From IMG/VR virus record IMGVR_UViG_3300042972_000032, positions 1 to 41,483 of that record: DNA of 41,483 nucleotides; one strand, 5' to 3'. Both the position numbers and the translations under genes were made by a program. This DNA comes from a virus (lineage: Duplodnaviria > Caudoviricetes). Each line of letters opens with the position of its first letter. The first letter of the stretch is position 1. The notes beneath the pieces are model-generated. The model had not been told where the DNA came from. It made no database searches and saw only the letters and a list, made by a program, of their open reading frames with translations. Positions 8,685 through 16,247 of this stretch are shown here, in pieces.

Positions 8685-8823
8685 GACGCCGCCCGACGTG
8701 GAGCCCACGTGCCCCTGCTGCGGCGACTACCTATGCGGGGGAGTATGCCCCGCGTGCATGGAAGAAGCGAAATACGAAGCGGACGACGAACGCTCGCTCA
8801 GACAATGGAAGGGGGAGGGATGA
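8671..8823 (+). CDS. Small Zn-finger-like protein (50 aa), not in the ORF track
   Basis: MRTNKTPPDVEPTCPCCGDYLCGGVCPAC...; SD GGAGG; ATGA overlap with the MTase start. Confidence 0.6.
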   Translation: MRTNKTPPDVEPTCPCCGDYLCGGVCPACMEEAKYEADDERSLRQWKGEG

Positions 8824-10046
8824 AATACATCAGCACGTTCAGCGGCATTGAAGCGGCCTCTGTTGCTTGGATGCCGCTGGGCTTTCAGCCGCTGGCGTTC
8901 AGCGAGATCGAGCCGTTCCCCTGCGCCGTACTCAAGCACCATTATCCCGATGTGCCCAACCTCGGGGATATTACGAAGATAGATTGGAGTCCCTATGTGG
9001 GAGCAGCCGACATACTTGTGGGCGGATCGCCTTGCCAAAGTTTCTCCGTCGCCGGAAACCGAGCCGGTCTCGAGGGAGCTTCCGGGCTTATGCTCGAATA
9101 TGTTCGAGCGGTACGCGAGCTCCGTCCTCAATGGTTTGTCTGGGAGAACGTCCCGGGAGCGCTCAGCAGTTCGCACGGGGAGGATTTCCGATGCCTCCTC
9201 GAAAGCATGGATGAACTCGGGTACGGTCTGGCATGGCGAATACTGGACGCGCAGTTCTTCGGGGTGGCCCAGCGACGCCGCCGTGTGTTCGTTGTCGGCC
9301 ATCTTGGAGATCGACGCGCCTGCGAAGTACTCTTTGAGTCCGAAAGCCTGCGCCGGAATCCTCCGTCGAGCCGCGAAAAGAGGCAAGCCCTTGCCGGACG
9401 GTCTCAAGGTAGCGCTGGAGATGCAGGCCGCAGCCTGACCCCGTGGGACACCCAATCGCGTCGGCTGTATTCGCAATCCGGACCATATCCTCCACTTGAC
9501 GCCAGGACCGGCGGTATTGGTGCGGACGGGAGAGCGGTGGTCGCCGCCTTCAGTGCGGGTCAGTCGTCCACGTCCGGCTCGTTGGGTTTCGGCGAGGAGA
9601 TTGCGCCGACATTGCGGGCGAACGGTTCGGGGACAAACCAGGTGCCGGCCGTCTACTGCGGAGCGAATAGCGGAGCGAATAGCGCGGTCGAGCGGGACAT
9701 GAGCCCCACTCTGACTGCGCACGAAGCCAAAAGCTCCAGCTATGTGTTCGACTGGCAAGCCTCGGCATCGCGAGCATTGGCGCTGGAGGCTGATATCGCC
9801 CCACCGTTGAGGGCAAATATGCAAAGTGGCGGGAGATCTCCGGCCCATTGCACCAAAGGTCTAATCCGTCGTCTGACGCCCGGCGAATGCGAGCTGCTCC
9901 AAGGCTTTCCCCGACGCTGGACCGATATCCCTTGGCGGGCAAAGCCGCACGCGCCCGACACGCCGCGCTACAGGGCGCTTGGGAATAGCATGGCGGTTCC
10001 CGCCATGCATTGGATCGGGAAAAGAATACAGGAGGTTGAGCAATGA
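8820..10046 (+). CDS. C5-cytosine DNA methyltransferase (orphan)
   Basis: Motif I FSGIEA, IV GGSPCQSFS, VI ENVPG, VIII QRRRRVF, IX RRLTPGECELLQGFP, X RYRALGNS; start at ATG 8820. Confidence 0.95.
   Translation: MKYISTFSGIEAASVAWMPLGFQPLAFSEIEPFPCAVLKHHYPDVPNLGDITKIDWSPYVGAADILVGGSPCQSFSVAGNRAGLEGASGLMLEYVRAVRELRPQWFVWENVPGALSSSHGEDFRCLLESMDELGYGLAWRILDAQFFGVAQRRRRVFVVGHLGDRRACEVLFESESLRRNPPSSREKRQALAGRSQGSAGDAGRSLTPWDTQSRRLYSQSGPYPPLDARTGGIGADGRAVVAAFSAGQSSTSGSLGFGEEIAPTLRANGSGTNQVPAVYCGANSGANSAVERDMSPTLTAHEAKSSSYVFDWQASASRALALEADIAPPLRANMQSGGRSPAHCTKGLIRRLTPGECELLQGFPRRWTDIPWRAKPHAPDTPRYRALGNSMAVPAMHWIGKRIQEVEQ
8995..9438 (+). CDS. Alternative-frame ORF nested in the MTase, resembling the beta polypeptide of EcoHK31I-type MTases
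   Basis: GGAG 5 nt before ATG 8995; WMNSGTVWHGEYW...CSLSAILE...KYSLSPKACAGILRRAAKRGKPLP. Confidence 0.55.
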   Translation: MWEQPTYLWADRLAKVSPSPETEPVSRELPGLCSNMFERYASSVLNGLSGRTSRERSAVRTGRISDASSKAWMNSGTVWHGEYWTRSSSGWPSDAAVCSLSAILEIDAPAKYSLSPKACAGILRRAAKRGKPLPDGLKVALEMQAAA

Positions 10047-10108
10047 CCCGGAGTAGGTCGAGCGCGAAGGCGGCTTCAGGCGGCACTGCTCGAGAAGGGG
10101 GCGGGGGA

Positions 10109-10510
10109 ATGCTCAAGGTAACCATTCCCGTCACCCTGTCCGGAGGTAAGGGAGGCACGTGGTTCACAGCCAACAGCCGACTTCACTGGCGGGAGAAGGG
10201 GAGGCGCACGAGGATGGTGCGAGCAATGGCGAAGTACGAGGGTCTGGGCGTGCGCAGCATCCACCGGCTGCCACGTCCAGCGTTCGCAAGGGCGCACGTG
10301 ACCGCCATCATCCGTTTCAGCCGCGACGGAAGGCATGACCCCGGCAACGCATCGACCGTGGTCAAGGCCGCGGTGGACGGATTGACCGACGCCGGTTTCT
10401 GGGCGGACGACGACAGCACGCACGTCATCGGCCCCGACTACCGGATAGGCGAGCCGACCCGCCAGAGCGGCGTCTACCGCATCGAGCTGATAGTGGAGGA
10501 CGCATCATGA
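10109..10510 (+). CDS. RusA-like Holliday junction resolvase (alternative start 10043)
   Basis: TANSRLHW, RHDPGN, KAAVDGLTDAGFWADDD acidic motifs. Confidence 0.75.
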   Translation: MLKVTIPVTLSGGKGGTWFTANSRLHWREKGRRTRMVRAMAKYEGLGVRSIHRLPRPAFARAHVTAIIRFSRDGRHDPGNASTVVKAAVDGLTDAGFWADDDSTHVIGPDYRIGEPTRQSGVYRIELIVEDAS

Positions 10511-10845
10511 GCACGGCGAAGGAAGAGGCGGAGCGGCGTTATCCGTCGCGCTACTGGCCGAACCATGAGCCTGACGGGGACTATCCCGGAAAGCTCATGT
10601 ATCTGGATGGCGTCACGACCGACGATCTGCGGGAAGCCTTCGAGCAGGGCGCGGACTGGCATCGGGAGCAGCCGCACACGCACGGACAGTCGGAGGCGGC
10701 GGCGAAGGCGATGGTCGCGGAACTGCACGAATACAACCACGATTTCCCAGCTTGGGACGATCTGGACACGGAGACGCGCGACCACGCAAGGATATTCGCC
10801 ACCATCGCGCTCGAAGCGGCGAGAGGGGCGGCGGACGATGGCTAG
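10507..10845 (+). CDS. Hypothetical protein
   Basis: Coupled start with SD GGAGG; AKEEAERRYP and AFEQGADW motifs seen in phage hypotheticals. Confidence 0.7.
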   Translation: MSTAKEEAERRYPSRYWPNHEPDGDYPGKLMYLDGVTTDDLREAFEQGADWHREQPHTHGQSEAAAKAMVAELHEYNHDFPAWDDLDTETRDHARIFATIALEAARGAADDG

Positions 10846-11692
10846 GCGAGGGTATGCGAAGCTGAGCAACGACTTCTATATGAGCGGCAAGGTGCGCGAG
10901 ATTCGCGCCATATGCCCATCCGCACTGGGGGTCTACGCGATGCTGATATCGTACGCATCTGACAGGCTCACGGACGGAACCATGGACAAGCGCGACGCGC
11001 TTTACCTGATTGGCGCTACCGATACCGAACTGGACGCGCTGTGTGCAGTTGGTCTCTTGGTGGCCGACGGCGACGAAGGGTATGCCATCCATGACTACCT
11101 TGACTACCAGCAGAGCCGAGAGACAGTGCAGCATAGGCGCGACGAAGACCTGAAGCGGCAGTCGAAGCATCGTGACAAACCGACTGTCACGCAACCGTCA
11201 CGCCGTGACAAACCGACTGTCACGCAACCGTCACGCCGTGATTGCGGGGTAAACACAAGAACACAAGAACCAAATAAAGATATACCCCCTAGCGGGGGTA
11301 TACAGAAAAATCCGCCCGAACCCGATTCCGGGGAGTATTCGCAGCCCTTCGAGCAGTTCTGGGCCGTCTACCCGTGGCAGACCGACAAGCCCGGAGCCTA
11401 CGCGGCATTCCGGCGCTCCCAGCGCAAGACCAACCTCACGACGCTCATCGCCGCAGCCCAGCGCTACGCCGCATGGCTGCAAGAGCCGGACGCGCCGCAC
11501 TGCATGAAGCCGGGCACATGGCTCGACCGGGAAAGCTGGCTCGACCATCCGCAGCCCAAGCGGAAAGCGAGGGCATCGCCCGGCAACTGGCCGACCCGTA
11601 CCGACCGTGCCACCGCCGAATGGCAGCAGGACGCGGAAATCTACCGCAATCTCAAAGCACAGGAAGGAGAAACGCATGCTATCGCCAGCTGA
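10838..11692 (+). CDS. Phage replication initiator (replisome organiser)
   Basis: MARRGYAKLSNDF...IHDYLDYQ N-domain, repeat linker, FEQFWAVYP...PGTWLDRESWLD C-domain. Confidence 0.8.
   Translation: MARRGYAKLSNDFYMSGKVREIRAICPSALGVYAMLISYASDRLTDGTMDKRDALYLIGATDTELDALCAVGLLVADGDEGYAIHDYLDYQQSRETVQHRRDEDLKRQSKHRDKPTVTQPSRRDKPTVTQPSRRDCGVNTRTQEPNKDIPPSGGIQKNPPEPDSGEYSQPFEQFWAVYPWQTDKPGAYAAFRRSQRKTNLTTLIAAAQRYAAWLQEPDAPHCMKPGTWLDRESWLDHPQPKRKARASPGNWPTRTDRATAEWQQDAEIYRNLKAQEGETHAIAS
11171..11241. repeat. Two exact 33-bp tandem repeats (probable origin iterons)
   Basis: CGTGACAAACCGACTGTCACGCAACCGTCACGC at 11171 and 11204, plus partial CGTGA; followed by an A-rich tract and an inverted repeat at 11281-11302. 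Confidence 0.8.
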
Positions 11693-12167
11693 GGCATGGA
11701 AGCTGCTCACCATCATCAAGCACACGGACGGCCGACTAGTCGCGCAGCAGGACGCGACACTATGGGCGGTCACCATCAGCCAAGCGCTTCCCGGCGCGAC
11801 CTTGGAGCAATGCATGAGCGCCTACGCCGAATGGCAGACGGTAGAGCACCGCACCCCATACGTGCAGCCCGGAGAGATCGTCGCCATCGTCAAATCGCAT
11901 CATCCGTCGAAGCGGCTCACCGAGGCGGACATCGGGCGCATGCTCGACCCGCTCGACCTGACTGCCGACGAGAGGTGGGCCGCGCGAATCGGCCTCATAG
12001 CCAACGTCAACAAGGGCATGCCGCAGCCAATGGCGCTAGCCAAGGCGCTCGACGCGGCGAGAGGGCGTCTGCTGCCAGCCGCGCCATCCAGACCAAAGAA
12101 AACCAGCAACCATCATTTCGCCGGACGCCTGACGCTCGGCGATGTCATCGGAAGGGACGTGAAATGA
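11676..12167 (+). CDS. Replication accessory protein (helicase loader/inhibitor-like)
   Basis: Follows the initiator; helical N-domain ending YVQPGEIV; SD GAAGGAG. Confidence 0.55.
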   Translation: MLSPAEAWKLLTIIKHTDGRLVAQQDATLWAVTISQALPGATLEQCMSAYAEWQTVEHRTPYVQPGEIVAIVKSHHPSKRLTEADIGRMLDPLDLTADERWAARIGLIANVNKGMPQPMALAKALDAARGRLLPAAPSRPKKTSNHHFAGRLTLGDVIGRDVK

Positions 12168-12508
12168 AATTCACGAAAATCGTCACGGCGAAGATCTATC
12201 CGGATATTTTCAAACGCATCGAGACTGGGAGAAAACTATTCGAAGTTCGGCTCGAGGACTTCCAAAACGCTGACTTCATCCGCTACGTCTCATCCGAGGA
12301 TGGCGCGACGCTCGGCATCTACAGGCTGGGGCATGTCAAATCGGAGATTGGCGGACACGATTACAGCCTGCTCGCGCATATCTCGAATACGACCATCCGC
12401 GAGGCGTACGACCTGTTTCACGGCGATGCCGACTGTCGGCCGATATATGTGGCGGAGATTTGCGAACGAGTGGAGTTGTCTGAAATCTTCGCAAAGGACA
12501 AATCATGA
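12164..12508 (+). CDS. ASCH/DUF3850-like (PUA fold) protein
   Basis: KIYPDIFKRIETGRKLFEVRLEDFQNADFI matches the ASCH GxKxxExR pattern. Confidence 0.65.
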   Translation: MKFTKIVTAKIYPDIFKRIETGRKLFEVRLEDFQNADFIRYVSSEDGATLGIYRLGHVKSEIGGHDYSLLAHISNTTIREAYDLFHGDADCRPIYVAEICERVELSEIFAKDKS

Positions 12509-12864
12509 CACTGCAGAAGATAACCCGCGACATGCCAGAACCGGAAGAGTTCGGCAGCTTCCTCGTATGGGAGGACAGCGACAATCTGGAATGCCTGCTC
12601 ACCCATCTGGCCGAGAACGACATCCCATGGATAGACGCCGAAGCCGAATGGGACTGGCCCGATATCCGAATCACATATCTCGGCTACGAGATCGAATCGC
12701 TGGCCGGTTTCGAGCGCCGCATCCGCAGGGAGGCGCTGGACGTCACCGACGCCGAATGCGATGTGTTCGCAACGGCTGTGGACGGAGCTGGCATGTGCGT
12801 CTCCGGATACGCGATACGCGAGGGTCTGCGAGCCGTGGCCGTGTCACGGGAGCGCAGGTCATGA
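12505..12864 (+). CDS. Hypothetical acidic protein
   Basis: ATGA-coupled ORF with SD AAAGGA. Confidence 0.65.
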   Translation: MTLQKITRDMPEPEEFGSFLVWEDSDNLECLLTHLAENDIPWIDAEAEWDWPDIRITYLGYEIESLAGFERRIRREALDVTDAECDVFATAVDGAGMCVSGYAIREGLRAVAVSRERRS

Positions 12865-13085
12865 ACTACCGCAAGACGCCAGATGATTTCGGAGACGGGC
12901 CGGAGTTCGTCATGGAATCGTCCGTCTACTGCCCGTACTGCGGGTCAGAGCAGGAGATGTGCGACATGCCCGCCAATTGGGGCTGGGGGGACAGCATCGA
13001 ACTCGAATGCGAGTCATGCGGACGCGCATTCAACGCCCAATATGACATCAGCTACAGCACGCAACAGATCGAGGACAAATCATGA
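12861..13085 (+). CDS. Zn-ribbon protein
   Basis: CPYCG...ECESCGRAF; ATGA-coupled. Confidence 0.7.
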   Translation: MNYRKTPDDFGDGPEFVMESSVYCPYCGSEQEMCDMPANWGWGDSIELECESCGRAFNAQYDISYSTQQIEDKS

Positions 13086-13240
13086 ACGAGACCATCGGAC
13101 AGCTGAGGCAAATCAGCGAGAGACTGTTCCACCAGTCCAGCGTGTACGCCGAACAGGAGCACGACGAAACCCGCGCCGAACAGTGCAGCAGGGCGTCGGA
13201 CCTGATCGCCATGGCCGTCAGCGAACTGGAGGACGCATGA
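13082..13240 (+). CDS. Small hypothetical protein (52 aa), not in the ORF track
   Basis: MNETIGQLRQISERLF...ELEDA; ATGA overlaps at both ends. Confidence 0.6.
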   Translation: MNETIGQLRQISERLFHQSSVYAEQEHDETRAEQCSRASDLIAMAVSELEDA

Positions 13241-13380
13241 GCACCACCCGGAATGAGACGGCGGACGAGCGCGACCGCGAGCGCACATACACGTCCGACG
13301 ACATGATGGACGCCTACCTGCGCGGCAAGACAGCCGGATACGAGCAGGCGATAAGCGAAAGGCGGGACAGTGAGCAGTGA
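13237..13380 (+). CDS. Small hypothetical protein
   Basis: MSTTRNETAD...YTSDDMMDAYLRG; SD GGAGG; coupled start. Confidence 0.55.
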   Translation: MSTTRNETADERDRERTYTSDDMMDAYLRGKTAGYEQAISERRDSEQ

Positions 13381-14164
13381 GTCCAAGTGCCCGGTGTGCG
13401 ACGGCATGGTGCGCGGCGGCATGCTCTGCAAACAGCATCGCCGAGAGCTGGCCGGCGCACTGCACTCGCTGCGCCTCGGCGTCTACGAGCTGACCGCCAT
13501 AGCCCGGCGCGAAGTACGGCTCGGCGGTCAGGGCCAAGGCCACGCGCATCCAAGCGAAGCGCCCACGCCTCTCGACCTGAGCGCCGCAGACCTGCTCGAC
13601 CAAGCGGCCGACGTGCTCAGCCAAGCCGCAGCCAGCATCAACCGGTACGGCGGCAAGCCGCAGCAGCTCGTCCGCCTGTGCATCGGCCACGTCGGCGAAC
13701 TCGCTTCCGCCCGCGACTGCAAGCAGACCCACCGCGAGGTGAACGCCATCTCGGCCAAAGTCACGCAGCGCGTCACGCCCAGCAGCGAACTCGCAGTGTA
13801 CGGCGCATGCCCCAACCCCATGTGCGGCCACACCGTGCGCGGCGTCATAGGCGAGGCGACCGCCACCTGCGGCTACTGCGGAAGCATCTGGGGCACGGCG
13901 CTGCTCAGAACGATGCGGCGCGACCGGCTGCTGGAATCGCACGTCACCGGAACCGCCACGCAGCTCGCACGCATGCTCCAGACCGAAGGCTACAAGATCA
14001 AGCCCGAGCGCATCAGACAATGGGCGCACCGGGGACTGCTGCACGCGGTACCCGCCACGACAGCGCAAGTCTCATACCTCGCCGGCGACATCGTGCGAAT
14101 CATGGAAAAGAAAGCCGAGAAGGACGGCGTGCCGGACTTGACAAACACTGTCACGAATGGTTAA
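13370..14164 (+). CDS. Probable late transcription regulator (Zn fingers plus C-terminal HTH)
   Basis: CPVC..LCKQH, CPNPMCG..CGYCG, ERIRQWAHRGLL winged-HTH; last early gene. Confidence 0.7.
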   Translation: MSSESKCPVCDGMVRGGMLCKQHRRELAGALHSLRLGVYELTAIARREVRLGGQGQGHAHPSEAPTPLDLSAADLLDQAADVLSQAAASINRYGGKPQQLVRLCIGHVGELASARDCKQTHREVNAISAKVTQRVTPSSELAVYGACPNPMCGHTVRGVIGEATATCGYCGSIWGTALLRTMRRDRLLESHVTGTATQLARMLQTEGYKIKPERIRQWAHRGLLHAVPATTAQVSYLAGDIVRIMEKKAEKDGVPDLTNTVTNG

Positions 14165-14176
14165 CTAAAATAGAAT
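14138..14176 (+). promoter_or_regulatory. Probable late promoter region
   Basis: TTGACA at 14138; CTGTCA-17 bp-TAGAAT at 14148-14176; AT-rich. Confidence 0.45.
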
Positions 14177-14187
14177 TTAGTGCATGC

Positions 14188-14213
14188 AAGGCCGGTAGAG
14201 ATACCGGCCTTTC
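14188..14213 (+). terminator. Hairpin terminator/attenuator just after the late promoter
   Basis: AAGGCCGGTA-GAGA-TACCGGCCTT perfect 10-bp stem with GNRA loop and short T tail. Confidence 0.55.
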
Positions 14214-14326
14214 GCATATCCAAGACCTTCCCGAACGCAAGCCGGTCGGATGGCACCCGGCATTACGTCGCCGGGCATCTTCAACGCATCCCCCGATACC
14301 CCACCGCAATGCAGAGGTGACAGCCC

Positions 14327-14668
14327 ATGCCCAAGCGCCGGTGCGCATGGCCCAACTGCCCGCAGCTCGTCAACGTCGGAACGCGCTACTGCAAGCAGCA
14401 CGCACACGAGCACGAGCGGCAGCGCGGCACACCAGCACAACGAGGATACGACACCGCACACAAGCGGATGCGAGCGCAATGGGCAGCAGCCATGGCACGC
14501 GGCGCACGCCCCACCTGCAAGCGCTGCGGCCAGCCAGTCAAGCCAACGCAATCATGGGACTTGGGACACGACGACAGCCGCACACGCTGGACAGGCCCCG
14601 AACACGCGCACTGCAACCGCAGCGCAGGCCAAGCCAACAGCGTCAGGATGCGCGAGCATTGGCGCTGA
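14327..14668 (+). CDS. HNH endonuclease (packaging-associated)
   Basis: CAWPNC..YCKQH, RGYD..H, CKRCG, WDLGHDD, GPEHAHCNRSAG; upstream of terminase. Confidence 0.88.
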   Translation: MPKRRCAWPNCPQLVNVGTRYCKQHAHEHERQRGTPAQRGYDTAHKRMRAQWAAAMARGARPTCKRCGQPVKPTQSWDLGHDDSRTRWTGPEHAHCNRSAGQANSVRMREHWR

Positions 14669-14725
14669 ACAGCAGCAGCGCGACAGCAGCGACAGAGATA
14701 CAACAAGACAAATAAAAACATAACA

Positions 14726-14881
14726 AAAACGAACACGAAATGTTAAGTTAAATCGAGCCGAACCGACGCAAGGGGGTGGGGGGGTGACCCCGCCAGCACC
14801 GGCCCGGCACCGCCGGTGAGGCGACTCGCAAGTGCGGAGGGTTCAAAAGTCCGATGCGGACGTTTCGGCAGTGTTCGTTTT
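14726..14881. other. Probable cos/packaging site
   Basis: 11-bp inverted repeats AAAACGAACAC (14726) and GTGTTCGTTTT (14871) around a G5TG7 tract and a CACCGGC-N8-GCCGGTG dyad; strand composition flips here; between HNH and terminase. Confidence 0.6.
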
Positions 14882-14914
14882 ATGTGCGGTTTTGCTGGCG
14901 ATTGGCGGTTGTTG

Positions 14915-15625
14915 ATGTCTGAGCGCGATCGCACGATTAATGGCTACAATCTCCCGCTGCTTGATGGCGTGGAAAACGTTGGGATGTATGATATTCCTGC
15001 GCTCAAGCCATGCGATGTGGTGCCTGATGATCTCATTGGATTCAATGAGGCCAAGACCACCGTGAGTTTCGACGCGGGCGTGCATTTCTTCTTGGATGAC
15101 TACCAGTTCGAGCGCGTGTGGCGGCGTCCTGATGTGTATGTGAGGACGCTTGGCCGTTTTCAGTGCGTGCTCACCCCTGATTTCAGCCTGTACCGTGACA
15201 TTCCTCTTGCTCAGCAGCTATATAACGTGTACCGGTCGCATCTGATCGGCGCGTACTGGCAGCGCATGGGTCTGAATGTGATTCCTACTTTGCAGTGGAG
15301 CTGGCGCAGGTCGTTCGGCTTCGCGTTCGACGGCTTGCCTCGTGGCTCTGCGGTAGCGGCGAGCGCGCTGGGCGCGGCGAATGATCCTGTGGCCGAGGTG
15401 TTGTGGGCTGCTGGCATGCGCGAGGCGCTGCGGCGCCTGAAGCCGTCTCTGGTGCTTTTGTATGGCCGTATGCCGGAGCATTTCGACTTCGGCGGAATCA
15501 ATGTTATATGTTTTTCGAACAAGGCGATTGCGAGACTCAAATGGGTGGACGCGGAGCGTCGAGCGGCAGAGGCGGAGCGGGGGCAGGAGGCGCCGAGGCA
15601 CTGTCATCGCTTGGCGTCGAAGTAA
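14915..15625 (+). CDS. DUF4417-family protein
   Basis: GVHFFLDDYQFERVW, LTPDFSLYRDIP, YNVYRS..GAYWQ..G..VIPTLQW, AFDGLP motifs. Confidence 0.85.
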   Translation: MSERDRTINGYNLPLLDGVENVGMYDIPALKPCDVVPDDLIGFNEAKTTVSFDAGVHFFLDDYQFERVWRRPDVYVRTLGRFQCVLTPDFSLYRDIPLAQQLYNVYRSHLIGAYWQRMGLNVIPTLQWSWRRSFGFAFDGLPRGSAVAASALGAANDPVAEVLWAAGMREALRRLKPSLVLLYGRMPEHFDFGGINVICFSNKAIARLKWVDAERRAAEAERGQEAPRHCHRLASK

Positions 15626-16227
15626 GCCCTGACGCAGCGCATGATTTGCCAGACACGTCTTTGGCCGTTATAGCAAGTGCCATCAATGACATGGTGGGAG
15701 AGTTCCCCACGCTCAAAGGCGCGGTGACGCGCATCGATGTTAATTCCAGGAGTTCCGAATACGCGCATGTCACGCCATTTGGTAAGCAAAACTACCTTTC
15801 CGTCTCAAATAGCTTCAGCGACATGAAGGGCATGAACGGCTAGCTTGCGAAGGAATTCAAAAGCAACCTTGGCGCTGCTGAGAATGCCAAAGAGGTCATC
15901 TACCACGAGCTTGGGCATGTGCTCGTGAATCAGGTGGCATTTAATGGTTCTACGAAGTTCAAGAATCCAGCGAAGGCGTTAGTTGACCGCAAGATCGCAG
16001 GAAGCATCATACATAAGGCTACTTTCGGAAATAAAGATTTTGTGAATCAGGCAAAGAATGTAGGAATGGACACGATGTTCAAAGGGACAACGCAATATTC
16101 CCGACAGAACAATGATGAATTCGTAGGCGAGGCGGTCGGCCAGTACATGAAGCTTGGGAGCAAAGCGCCGCCAGCGAGCCGTGCAGTCGTCAAGCAGCTG
16201 AAGAAGATGCTAGGCAATAATAAATAA
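15541..16227 (+). pseudogene. MGGRG-leader zincin-like metallopeptidase interrupted by an in-frame TAG at 15841-15843
   Basis: MGGRGASSG start; the same frame continues past TAG as LAKEFKS...VIYHELGHVL...YSRQNNDEFVGEAV (HExxH plus downstream E). Confidence 0.75.
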
Positions 16228-16247
16228 TCTGAATCGGGGTAACCGGA

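Noticed and set aside
8820-10046. Complete restriction-modification system
   Set aside because: No restriction endonuclease gene nearby; consistent with an orphan anti-restriction MTase
11171-11241. 33-bp repeats as a CRISPR array
   Set aside because: The copies are directly adjacent with no spacers, lie in frame within a gene, and no cas genes are present
14214-14326. Possible tRNA or defined ncRNA after the late promoter
   Set aside because: Only short GC stems; no cloverleaf, TTC-loop motif or CCA end could be built
14772-14791. G-quadruplex at G5TG7
   Set aside because: Only two separate G runs; better explained as part of the packaging-site region
15841-15843. Genome-wide amber recoding
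   Set aside because: Many genes end cleanly at TAG (e.g. 4016, 20790, 24421, 29813, 38506) and no suppressor tRNA was seen
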